Positions 1-12,596 of a stretch of DNA of 64,000 bases are shown here, piece after piece. The DNA is taken from NCBI GenBank assembly GCA_004022145.1, contig RCNU01000004.1. One strand, given 5' to 3'. Position 1 is the stretch's first letter, and each line of letters starts with the position of its first letter. This DNA is from Paecilomyces variotii (Eukaryota). Made by a program: the position numbers and the translations under genes. Below the pieces are notes generated by a model, which saw only the letters and a list, made by a program, of their open reading frames with translations, did no database searches and was not told the DNA's origin.

Positions 1-276
1 GCAAGAGACGTGGATCTTCCAAAGAGAAGCACGTTCCGAGATTCAATGTATGTATCAATGACGATTCTGCGTAACGTCCTAGACGGGTGACCCTCAACAA
101 ATAATAAAGGTGGGATTCCTCGCCTTTTAATCACGTGGGATACGCTTCACTCACAATGTGGTATGTTCTGTTGGAAATACTGACATATGGTTCTAGAAAC
201 TCTTTGCTTGGGCTATCGAAATACGAAAAGTTCGAGCCGTTCATAGAGGACGCTTCACTAATAACCTACTTTCTAG

Positions 277-1591
277 CTAAACGTCGCCATTTCCTGCCTT
301 GTCGACAACGATAATCACCTTCCCAAGACCACCCTGATTGCTGTATACAACCTGGCATGCCTTTCGAACCTCTTCAATATCCCGCATATTGGCAGTAGTT
401 CCAACTACTGTTTTTAGTCTACCCTCCTCAACGTACCCCCTTAATATGTCCAAGTCTTCACCACTGGGTTCTAGGAACATGTAAGAATAGCTGACTCCGT
501 AACGTCTTGCACGAAGCTTGCGGATAGAATCCATCATATCTAACGCAAGCCGGGGAACCAATGGAACAGTAGGGTGATGGGGAAGTCTCATAACTGCGGA
601 ATTTTGTAATTGAGTTCCCGATGGTGTTGTTGATATGGATATAATGCACCCACTCCCTGGCCGCATGAGGCAGAGGTACTCCATAGCGAGACCATTGGTG
701 TCGAATAGGAAATTTACCGAGCCATGTTCAATGACACTTTTCGGATCGACCCTTTTGTAGTCGATAACTAGTGGATGTCAGAAATTATATATCTGCAAGG
801 ATTCACAGACTACGTTACGATGGGTACATACTTTCATCCACTGTTCCTTCTCCTAGAAGTTCGTGTACTTTAGGAACCTTTGAAGTCGAAACGGTAGTGA
901 TCACTTTCCCTGCGTGGAAAACATTTTTGGCTAATTGACAGGCAAAAAGACCTGTACCACCCACTACCATGCTGTTAGCAGAGCGCCTTGAATCTAATAG
1001 GAAGGGTGACTTGCAGGCAGCCGGCACAAGTACAGTTTTCCCTGAAAGGTCGCCGGGATACTTTCTCAGGGCTTGGAATGCCGTCGTAGCTGCCAATGGT
1101 ATAGAAGCCGCTTGCTCGAAGGACAGCGAAGATGGCTTCAGAGAGATGCAGCGCTCTGGGCGTACAGCATATTCACTTCATGAGCCTAACGACATAGAAG
1201 TCAGCGGGAAGTACAGTGGACTAGTCAAGGTGTATATTCAGTACCTCGATGAGACTCTGGCAATCGAACATAAACGGCATCGCCAACCTTAAATCGTGCC
1301 ACATCTGTCCCAATCTCCACAACTGTTCCAGCAGCGTCGTAGCCGATTTTATATGGAAATCTATGACCTCCGCGTTGAGTAGGTCTCTTTCAACGACGGA
1401 GAGGTTTGCACTCACGAGTCTTTAAGCGCGATCTTGAAAACTCCTTCCGCTTTCTTCAGATCTACGGGGTTGACACTTGCAGCATGAACCTGGATAATAA
1501 CATCTTTTGGGTCTGTGATCTCCGGCCGTGGAAGTTCGAGGAGCTGGTACTCGGAAGGTTTGCAGTGGGAAGATACCCCAACGGACAACAT
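277..1591 (-). pseudogene. MDR-family (quinone reductase / alcohol dehydrogenase-like) oxidoreductase with an in-frame stop
   Basis: Spliced translation MLSVGVSSHCKPSEYQLLELPRPEITDPKDVIIQVHAASVNPVDLK...FPYKIGYDAAGTVVEIG...EQAASIPLAATTAFQAL...VPAALGGTG...GKVIIVV. TGA at 1178-1180 reads G-S-*-S-E-Y-A in exon 3. Confidence 0.8.
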
Positions 1592-2186
1592 AATAGCTGA
1601 AAGCCTGGCGCCAAAAACAGTTCGCAGTTAATGAGTGCAGATATGTACGTATAGATGCTATATAGACTAATCGTATAGATCCCCAGATGATGCAGTCTCC
1701 GGCAGTTGTATTGCCACTTATAATGTGACCAGTCACTGAAAAGGACCCGCCATTGGTACTATTAAAACACTTGACGTTATGATAATTGATGGTGCGGATA
1801 GACTTGTTGTTCCGGTCCCGGTCCAAGAGTTCTCCCGCTCGATCATCCATCCAGGGTCCAGATGTTCAATTCCCCCAAAAACGGCATCGTCCTATGCCAG
1901 ACTCGACATTTGCAGGATGTGAAAGGCCAGAGAGATAAGTTGGTATCTTCAACTGAAGAGCAAAAAAGAGCAAGGCTATGCAAATTTCAAGCCCATAACA
2001 CGGGATGCACGGGTTTTTAGCATGTGCTTATCGTCAAATTGATCGTGGCTGAACTACCGGGCTTTCCGTGTCGTTGATTACCAGACAATTCGTAGTAGGC
2101 GCAGAATACTTGATAGATAGAAATTTCATAGCTAGCCAGAATGTTAACTACTTATTCTATTCATTTATTTGCATTTACTCATCTTC

Positions 2187-3804
<1,618 letters not shown>

Positions 3805-3871
3805 TTAAGCGAACCACACCACGCACGGACATTCTGCCAAACCTCACCGCACCTCGCTGTATTTATTCGTT

Positions 3872-5367
3872 GTGTGGTTATAGGTGACTGGCACTCTTCT
3901 TTTACCTCGGCTGCCCCGCAATCTGCTTATTAATCAACCCGTTAGTTAACGTATTTCCCTGCCGACTGGACCACCCGACCGACCGGACCACTGCCGTATT
4001 ACATATAAAATGCCCATTCTCTAGACCTGAATATCTCAACAACCACAAATCTAATATATATAATATTTGATATATAGCTTTTTAGGACAGTATATTTATA
4101 TATACTCAAACTTCAGATTTCAAAAATTATTTCTTCTCTAGGTAATATGATTAAGTACTGTAATTTTTGGTAATTATATTATTTGGAAAATACCCAGAGA
4201 ATTATAGAATTTAAACAGATAAAATTAAGCATATATATTTGAAATAATATATATTTTATATATATCTTCTCTTATAGTCTTTAGAAACGTAGTTGTTGAG
4301 ATATTTAGGTCTAGAGAATGGGCATTTTATATATAATACGGCAGTGGTCCGGTCGGTCGGGTAGTCCAGTCGGCAGGGAAATACGTTATATATAGGGCAG
4401 TTGAAAAATTTTAGATTACAGGTCTGCTTAATTATTTCATTCCTTTACTACCTTATCCCCTTAACTATATGTATTTTTTACTTAACCTATATCTTAACTA
4501 GTTATTAATTAGTTATTAATTAATTATTAAGTACTTAAATAGAGCTATTAGATTTTTAAAGTCTTAAGTAAATCTATAATTACTTAATAAGTACTTAATA
4601 ATTAATTAATAAGTAATTATTAATAATATAGTAAATTATTATATAAGACTTAGAAAAATTAAAAAATATTAAGGTAATTAGATTTTAAGCACTTAGTTAG
4701 TATTTAAATACCTTAGCTGCCCCTTAATACTTATTAATAGTATCTGTATTATATAAAAAAGAGGGTATAGGCTAATCTAACTAAAAAAAGAGTCTAGCTA
4801 ATCTATAAATTTATTAGTTATTATTTAATATTATACTATTTAAGAGTCTATAGATTAGCTAGACCCTTTCTTTAATTAAGCTAGCTTATACCCCCTTTAT
4901 TATATAATGCAGATATTATTAATAAGTATTTAGAGATAGCTAAAGTATTTAAATACTAATTAAGTATCTGAAATCTAATTACCTTAATATTTTTTAATTT
5001 TTCTAAGTCCTATATAATAATTCGCTAAGCAGTTAATAACTAGTTATTAACTAGTTTCTAACTAGTTATTAAGTACTTATTAAGTAATTATAGATTTTAC
5101 TTAGGACTTTAAAAATCTAATAACTTTATTTAAATATTTAATAATTAGTTAATAACTAGTTAATAACTAGTTAAGATATAGGTAAAGTAAAGGAATATTA
5201 AAAAAGTATATAGTTAAGGAAAATAAAATAATAAAGGAATAAAATAATTAAGTAGACCTATAATCTAAAATTTTTTAATTACTCTATATATAACTAGTAG
5301 GTTAATTAATAAGTATATTATAGGGTAACTGAGATAAAAGAAGAGTACTAGTTACCTGTAACTATAC
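3872..5367. mobile_element. Foldback / long-inverted-repeat non-autonomous element, heavily RIP-like mutated
   Basis: 3872-3946 is inverse of 5293-5367. 4387-~4808 is inverse of ~4848-5292, with a ~40 bp central spacer. Arm differences are mostly C/T and G/A transitions; very AT-rich; no ORF. Confidence 0.8.
3949..4386. mobile_element. 438-bp MITE, Fot1/pogo (Tc1-mariner superfamily) type
   Basis: 98-bp TIRs starting ACGTATTTCCCTGCCG with 4 mismatches; flanking TA at 3947-3948 and 4387-4388; internal direct repeat CCGACTGGACCAC/CCGACCGGACCAC within the TIR; no coding capacity. Confidence 0.9.
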
Positions 5368-5492
5368 TACTTAATTAGTTATTACCCCCTTGTAAAATTA
5401 ACTACCCCTTAAATTTAATCTCCTATAGTTATTTTATCAGGTATTCTTATTTTACCATTATAATTAGATAAGTATACCTTAAAATTAGAGAA

Positions 5493-5580
5493 TTAGGGCA
5501 TTAGGGCATTAGGGAAATTAGGGTATTAGGGGGGTTAGGACTTAGGGAGAGTTAGAATATAGAATATTTTAAAATTAGGG
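5493..5580 (+). repeat. Degenerate TTAGGG-containing (telomere-like) tandem array
   Basis: TTAGGG at 5493, 5501, 5509, 5518, 5526, 5542 and 5575, with TTAGGA at 5535; roughly 8-bp period. Confidence 0.6.
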
Positions 5581-5734
5581 GGATTAAGGAATGTATATAG
5601 AGTATATTTTTACCATATGTGGTAACGAGTTTACTTAGCGAAGATTGCGAGGTGAGGTGAGGTCTCGGAGGTCTCGGTGTGGTCCGTGCGTGGTGAACCG
5701 AGGTTTTGGAGCGAGGTGAGATGATCTGTAGTTA

Positions 5735-6033
5735 TACATTCACCCGACCATCTCAACTACCAGAGGCAAATTACAATTTGAACTCAATCTTCTTCAATAT
5801 TACTGAATAGCTGAGTTCGTCATTCTTTATCGCAAACCATAATAACTACCCCAATCTCTGTTGTGCCCCTCGTTATTTCTACCCTAATGGGTGAGTTACT
5901 AATGATTTAGACTCGTAGGAAAGAAAAATATTGTAAATTACGAGCGATATAGAGAGTGTTTACTGTATTAGTTCGAGACTGAAAAGACTTTCAAGAAAAT
6001 ATCATTGGTATTTCAAATGGTCGGGTGAGTATG
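5735..6033. mobile_element. Possible ~300-bp degenerate MITE with short TIRs
   Basis: CATTCACCCGACCATCTCAACTACC near 5737 is an imperfect inverse of GGTATTTCAAATGGTCGGGTGAGTATG (6007-6033); it interrupts the right arm of the outer inverted repeat. Confidence 0.45.
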
Positions 6034-6809
6034 CACGTACCAACAATCACCCCCGATCAGGCTTAGTCTTGGTAGTGCACTAAAATAGTACAGTCAGTTG
6101 ACATACATTACATACATAAGAAGGCATAAACGGGCTTTATCTACGGAGTAGACCTCGATCCCAGTGGGCTAGAACAAGTGACCTGTGGAGGCTGTATCCC
6201 TGGTGGCCTCCCATGGAGTATATGGACGTGCTAATGTCTGCTTTGGGTTGCATGGTAGGACGAGTTTCGTACACATGGCCGGTTATTCTCGAGGCTTGTT
6301 CAAGAGGAGTTGACGAATATCGTCAGTTCTCTCTTGGAAGTAACTAGCTTTTTGTACAATGGATAGAAAACGGGCTTTTTATATGGTGTCCTGGGGTGAG
6401 TATCACGGATCTTGCTGCGAGTACCGCAATACTTTCACTAGCCAGTCGGCGAGGCCAGGGAATTTCAGTCTACAACTTCGATTCTGGAGAAGATGTCAAA
6501 TCTGAAAACAAGCCATGCAAGTATAGAAACTATACAATCTCGAAATTTCCTTAGGATATCGAACTCACTCAAGATAATGTCGAGTACGCTCTATAGACTC
6601 TCTATTCGTCCATTATTGACCATATGAAATAGAGGTATATTCCCTTATTGAACCCGCCCGTATGTTAACATCATAACTTTCCCCGTACCACAGACCATGA
6701 ATTAATGCAACGCTACCGATAACCCCCAATAAGAATATAATAACCCCTAACAGCAGAAAGAATATAGAAACCCCCAAAACCCACATCTAGAAGAACATAC
6801 TCCAAACCC

Positions 6810-7643
6810 TTAGGTACGTCGCTGCACCATATTCTGATAATTCACCTCGAGCGAACCACTACGGTGCCAAGTTGCGAGAAGCACACCACAGTTACCGCAG
6901 TGGTGCTCTACGTCCTTCGTCGAGTCAACTAGGTACGGAATACAACCGAGACAGGTGCACCAGCAGATAAAGAGAGCCCACACGCTTCAAATTCGAAAAC
7001 AAAAAAGAAAAAGGTTAGTGGTACGTTTCAAACTCGATCTGGTTCATTTGGGTAACTTCTGCACATACTGGGTTGTGTTCCCACTGTGGTATGATACCTT
7101 GGTCAGAGACCTGACCCCACAAGCAGGACAATCTACTGGAGCAGCATTCCGTGAAAGTGAAGTGATCGGGATAGCAGTGGTGAAGTTTTGTCCTGGGACG
7201 GCCGGCCGATAAACACCAGTTGGTTGCTTTGACTCTGTGTGTGCCGCGTCAGGATGCGCGGGATACGTTCTGGTTGAATGACATATCTGTCAGCGATGTC
7301 TATGTGTATTTGATGATATGGGGTATATAGAAAATAGAGGAGCAGTTAGTTCTGGGAGATATATTGAGGACGCGAGAACTGAGAATAGGAATCTTCCAGC
7401 AATTTCCTAACCAAGACTGCGGTAATATGGGCAATATGGAAAAAACGAAAATAGACATGGATAAACGTGAAACATACTGGGGTTCTATTGCATCGGTGTT
7501 AGGTGCCTCTCTGTCCTGCGTCTCATAAGAAGGAGCTGTAAATAGACAGAAGTAAGTTTCTCAATTTTACCAAGGCAGAGGGTATATAGTGGATATATAT
7601 TAAACCCACGGGATTGTGCCTTGCTATCCTGACCAGTCGACAT
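6810..7643 (-). CDS. LITAF-like zinc-binding membrane-associated protein (4 exons; absent from the ORF track)
   Basis: Spliced translation MSTGQDSKAQSPPSYETQ...APVDCPACGVRSLTKVSYHSGNTTHVWALFICWCTCLGCIPYLVDSTKDVEHHCGNCGVLLATWHRSG...RRT*. Shows the PPSY motif, CxxC, a hydrophobic segment and HxCxxC; GT-AG introns. Confidence 0.88.
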
Positions 7644-8541
7644 GATTTCGTTTGCACTGCTTCTGTACACGATGCCAGTTCCCACAGATAGAAAGTCGTA
7701 AAAAACCCAGGCTGTAGCAAAAAAAGAAGGGATGGAAAGTGCGATGAGAAGGATACTATCCCACTAAAAAAGGCAATCTACGTTGAGGCTCCTAACAAGG
7801 GGGTGGGGTAGTGCCATTTATTTGTCTCACAAGGCTACCTACATGCGTGCTGTCATCTGCAAGCCATCGCATTGTCATCGTAAATGTGAATAAATAGATA
7901 TTTGGGGGCGGAGTTAAGTAATGGGCCCGTGTCTGCCTGGCTTGAATTGCGGCTGCGTTCTCGAGAACACGAGATTGAACAAGCCATTCAATTGACACAT
8001 ATGACCGCTCCCAGGCGGACATCCCATCTATTATGTAACTATTATTTCTCGTAACAATGTCGATCGCTGGACTCAGTGCTGTAGGTGGAGGCAAATGGTA
8101 ATTCGGAGTACTCCGAGAGACTCAGATTTCCTGAAATAGGTCAACCTATCCTACGGTCAATTCGATATCGACAGCGCATTGTCCTCTTCGTGTGAAGAGG
8201 CTGGGGCAGTGCTGAGGACGAAATCACGTTCCACGAGCCAGGCTGCAGTAATACGCCTTAGGGTATGGGTGGGAGCAATATTTTAGACAGCTCCTTCAGC
8301 TTCCATTTTTGCTTCGCTGCTCTAAATATTCACAGAACACTTAAATTGATATTATTAGCTATCTCTGGTATGTATCATATACTCTGACAAGGTTTCTCTT
8401 GTAAAGTATGCGCGTATACGTGATATCGGATATCTAGATGTCTCAAAGACCAGCAAAAAGATTCATGGATCCCCGACTTTAGATATATAGATGCATTGCA
8501 TAAAATGCACAAGAGGGTTACATTTCGAATAGATATTCCAA

Positions 8542-11500
8542 CTATGAAGAATTAGCGCCGTTTGCCTCCGTGATGGCGGTCCCATTCGCGGCTTTGATAT
8601 TGCCATCCATGGAGCCGTTAGGCTCAGCATCAACTCTGAGGGTGTTTGTCACAGCTGTCCCGGCCTTGGTAAGGCTATGCGGAGCAACTGGTCCAACTTC
8701 AACGCCGCTAACAAAAGCTTCGCTCAAGAACTCCAGCCCTGCGACAAATGTACACAGAAGGCTTGCAATGCAGAAATGACTGATCGTCGTCCCGATGTCA
8801 AGCCACGAACCCTCATCGCGGACCATGTAAAAGAAGTTTAATGTCATGACATCCGATATGGACATCACAACCATGAAGAGCGCGCTAGGCGTTACTTCGA
8901 GTCTGCGGTTTAAGATACCAAGGTTGGCACTGATAATGGCGAAGGGTATCAATAGTTTCAGAATCAGCAGCGCTCCCTGACTGAATGGGCTAAAGACCGG
9001 AATAAGTCGGGTCACGCTCTCCATCGAGAACGAGGATACTGATGCGATATTTCCTGTGCTGAAGAATGCAGACTGTAGCAGGAAAAAGAAGAACAGCGCC
9101 ACACGCGCATCAGAGATAGTGAGAGCGCGGTATCTGTAGGTATGTGATCCCACGGTTGCGGTCGAGGTTGAATCTTGTCCAGACTCAGCCCCAGAACCAA
9201 CTCTGTCTTCGGGCTTCGAGACGGCATCAACAACAGGGTCAACATGTTTTTGAGCACTATCGATAGTGACTGTTTTCCCAGATGAGGTCTTGGAGCGTAC
9301 ATAAATAGCATGCTCTAGTCGTACCCAGGTGACCAAGGTCATGCAGAAGACGAAGTAGAAAAGCCCTTCGTAGGAGATGGTGAGGATGATAAAGGTGGGA
9401 GAAAATGTAAGGAATATTATTATAAGGCGATGAAGATAGTGGCTGTTCGGATAGAAGCGATGGACGAAGGGAAGTAAGAGCGACGTGACTGTACAGAAGC
9501 AAGGTGAGCTAAAATCCCAAAGATATAAATCACGCTGGCTATATAGTATGACTATACAGCGACGCCCATCTAACTGAGCAAGATCCCGGCAACTTACCGA
9601 GAACGAACCAGCCAACCACTTGGTTGCCAAATGGAAGACCTCTCTTTGCTTGTAGAGATGCGGCGCTCGACCTAGTTACGATAATGGCAAGTAACACCAT
9701 ACCGAGCTATAACAGTTGTCATAGTAAGTAATGTCGCTTATTGTCCAGTGCCCGAAGACAGATAAAAATAATCGATTTTGACAACATACCTGGACTCCCA
9801 TGATAATTCTCGAGCCAATGCTGCTTACGACACTTGCTCCTGAATGCCGAGCAATTGTTTCCTCGAAAACCAGGTATAATGCTCCAGTGAAGAACATGAG
9901 AAGGCCACCAACAGTTCTGGTTGTTATAAGCCACATAATTAGTGGGTTTCTTTTGCATGAAAGCCCGGGGTCCTGTTCACATACATCATTGTGATACTCT
10001 CCACTTTCACAGCTGGTAGCAAAGTGAAGATGCTCATCAAACTACATCCAATAGCCCAAGTCGCAGAAAGCAGTTTGTTCGTGGTGAGGAACTCTGAACC
10101 GTAGGCCAAAGGCCAGAAAGCTGCTAGTAGGAAACATACAGTGTATATTTCTCTATGGAAGTACGATTGGACCTTTAGTTCATAGTTAGTACTCCAATAA
10201 CTCAAAGATACGGACTGTAGAGGGGATGGTGCTCACAAGGGCCTCTAAAACGCCAATGAAAGCAAATGCCTGCAGACCAAATAACGCGTAACCTCCTAAA
10301 TTATGAATATGGCCCAGAAGAATCTGGCGTCCTGCTATTAAAGCCTTCCTTCTCGCAAATACTTCTTCCCAGAAGAAGATAGGGCAGATAGCGTATGCGT
10401 AATACCTCCACGAAGAACGCTGGTACAGTAATACTGAGAATAGGCCAACCAGGACCGAAGAGAAGAGAATAGTGCTAGAGGTCGTACGGTGGGCATCAGA
10501 GGTGCCGTGCAGAACATGAAGATCGATGACGGTGGTGATAGCATAAGCAATCCAGCCCAAGTATCCAAGAGTGATGATAGTCCTGAGAAAAAGCCAGTCG
10601 TACGTTTGTAGGTAACGAAGACCTTCTAGCGCAGTCGTCAACAAATTTTGGGATAACGTGACCGATTCCTCAAACTCTCCGTTGGCGATCAAGTTCCTGA
10701 TCACTTCGATGCGATGTTCGATCGAGTGCTGGCTATCTCTTAATGGTCCATAGGGCTTGTAGTGCAACAAAGTCGCACGCTTCTGCTCCTCTTTGACGCG
10801 ATACATCTCCAGCACTTCCTGGGCATTCGCAAGTGCCGCTAATGCACTCTCCTTCGGGTCTGCATCGATATATTCCAGGGGCAACTGGCCAACAGAGTTC
10901 ACTGGAAAATCCAATCCTAGCAAATATGCCATGAGGGCAGCAACGTCGGCCTGCGCTACATCGTGCCTTCGGATGTCGTCAAATCCCCAGTCGGATGAAA
11001 ACCCGTCTTCGTGACCTGTTATTTTACCAGCTTCCGTATGTTTGGGCCTTGCGACACCAGCACCCCAAGCAACCAAGGGCGTACGTGTGTTGTCCGGATG
11101 GCCATCACCGTGGCTACCCCAATCGCTCATTCCATGGTCTGCTGTAAAAATGAAAGCCGTCTTATCGTCATCATAGAAGTCCTCGATCAACTCCGTGATC
11201 TCCTTGACGCCTCTGTCGACCACTTTGATATTATGCAGATACTCCTTGGAGTAGGGTCGGTAGGAGTGTCCGGTTGTGTCCAGTCCGAGTAGATGCAGGA
11301 AAAACACCAGCTTATCCTCCCTTAGTTTGGCGTTCAACTCCGGGTCCGTCTTCGCAGATGCAAATAGTTCCTTGACCTTGTCAAACACCCATGTATCAAG
11401 ATACGTCGCGTCCATTGAAAAGTCCTCTGCTTCCTCGCTATACATTTCCGCATCCACCCTGCCAGGAACAGCTCCCTCCTTGAACATGGGTAGAATATCT

Positions 11501-11982
11501 GGGCTCCCCCAACTCCAAGTATGCCTGCTCCGGTTGAACACGCTGTCGAAGTTCACAGGATTCAGCTTCCAGCCTGTTGTGACCGCCGATACGTCTTCAT
11601 AAAGCCCCGCGATGAGCGCAACATGACCGGGTCTCGATTCGGTGGGAACTCGGGTATGGGACACGCCAAAAGTACCGTAGGATAAAACTCGAGATCGTAC
11701 AAAAGGCGCCAGGCGAATAGGCTCGCTGTTTTCATCCTGCTCGCCCTCCGGCGGCGAGGGATCCGGAAATGCTTGGAAGGCTTTGTCCGCGCGCAACCCG
11801 TCGCCAACAAAAAGAACGAGACGTTTCGCCGGCGCTTCTTTTCCTGGTTCCCGTTCGACGGAGAATGATCGCATGCCACTCACAATCGGACTGACAAAGT
11901 ATATGTCAAAGATTGAGTAGAGATATAGGAGATGGAAAACCACCGCCAGGACGAGGAACCCTACGCGGCCGAGACGCGCCAT
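8542..11982 (-). CDS. MCD4: GPI ethanolamine phosphate transferase 1 (PIG-N)
   Basis: RLVLFVGDGLRAD, SHTRVPTESRPGHVA, HLLGLDTTGH, TADHGMSDWGSHGDG; multi-TM C-terminus with FFYMVRDEGSWLDIG; start MARLGRVGF; internal introns. Confidence 0.96.
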
Positions 11983-12596
11983 GCTTCCGCTGTCCGGGGA
12001 GGCTGCGTCTTCAGAACAAATAAGCAAAAGAGCGGAATTGGTCCCCTGAGAGACACAGAGAAAGATACTCAACTAAGAGAAAAGAGATTAGAAGAACAAG
12101 AATCTAGTGTGGCCCACGCATTGTAGGCTGATGCGTGTTCAACTCAGCAGGCTCCGGAGGTGCTCTCGATTTCTGCAAGGCTGAGAACCAATGACGGCGG
12201 CTCTCGTTGGCACACATTATTCCGCGTCCACCGGGGGATTTTACGGTCATTCATGAACACCAATTGTGCAGTACCCCTGAATAGATGACGATGGATTGAA
12301 CAATCTATACATAAACAATTGCGTTGCACCTCATGTGCCAATCATGGATGATCCTATCATGACGACTCAGGATCGGAGAGTCTTTGACAGTCATGTCGTG
12401 AAAACATTACGGTAACTAAGCTAATTGTCTTTATATAACCTCTCGCTGTCGCCCAGGGTATTCCATAAGTATGCAATGAAGTATGCAACAGTAACGCCAG
12501 TAAAGATCACCCAAATCCATCTTTGATTCACCAACCCAGTCAACAGAAGACTGTGAAACGTTGTTGCTGTAAGAGAATTCATCTTAAACAAAATCT

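Noticed and set aside
4400-5300. CRISPR-like array or centromere
   Set aside because: Fungal DNA; the repeats are inverted arms and short TAGTTATTAA-type units without unique spacers; the AT-rich block is under 2 kb.
6100-6510. Possible degraded coding sequence between the repeat nest and LITAF
   Set aside because: The frames I tried contain stops and no recognisable motif.
6841-6860. CACCTCG..AGCGAACCAC similarity to the outer inverted repeat at ~3794-3816
   Set aside because: Lies within the last coding exon of the LITAF gene; short and probably coincidental.
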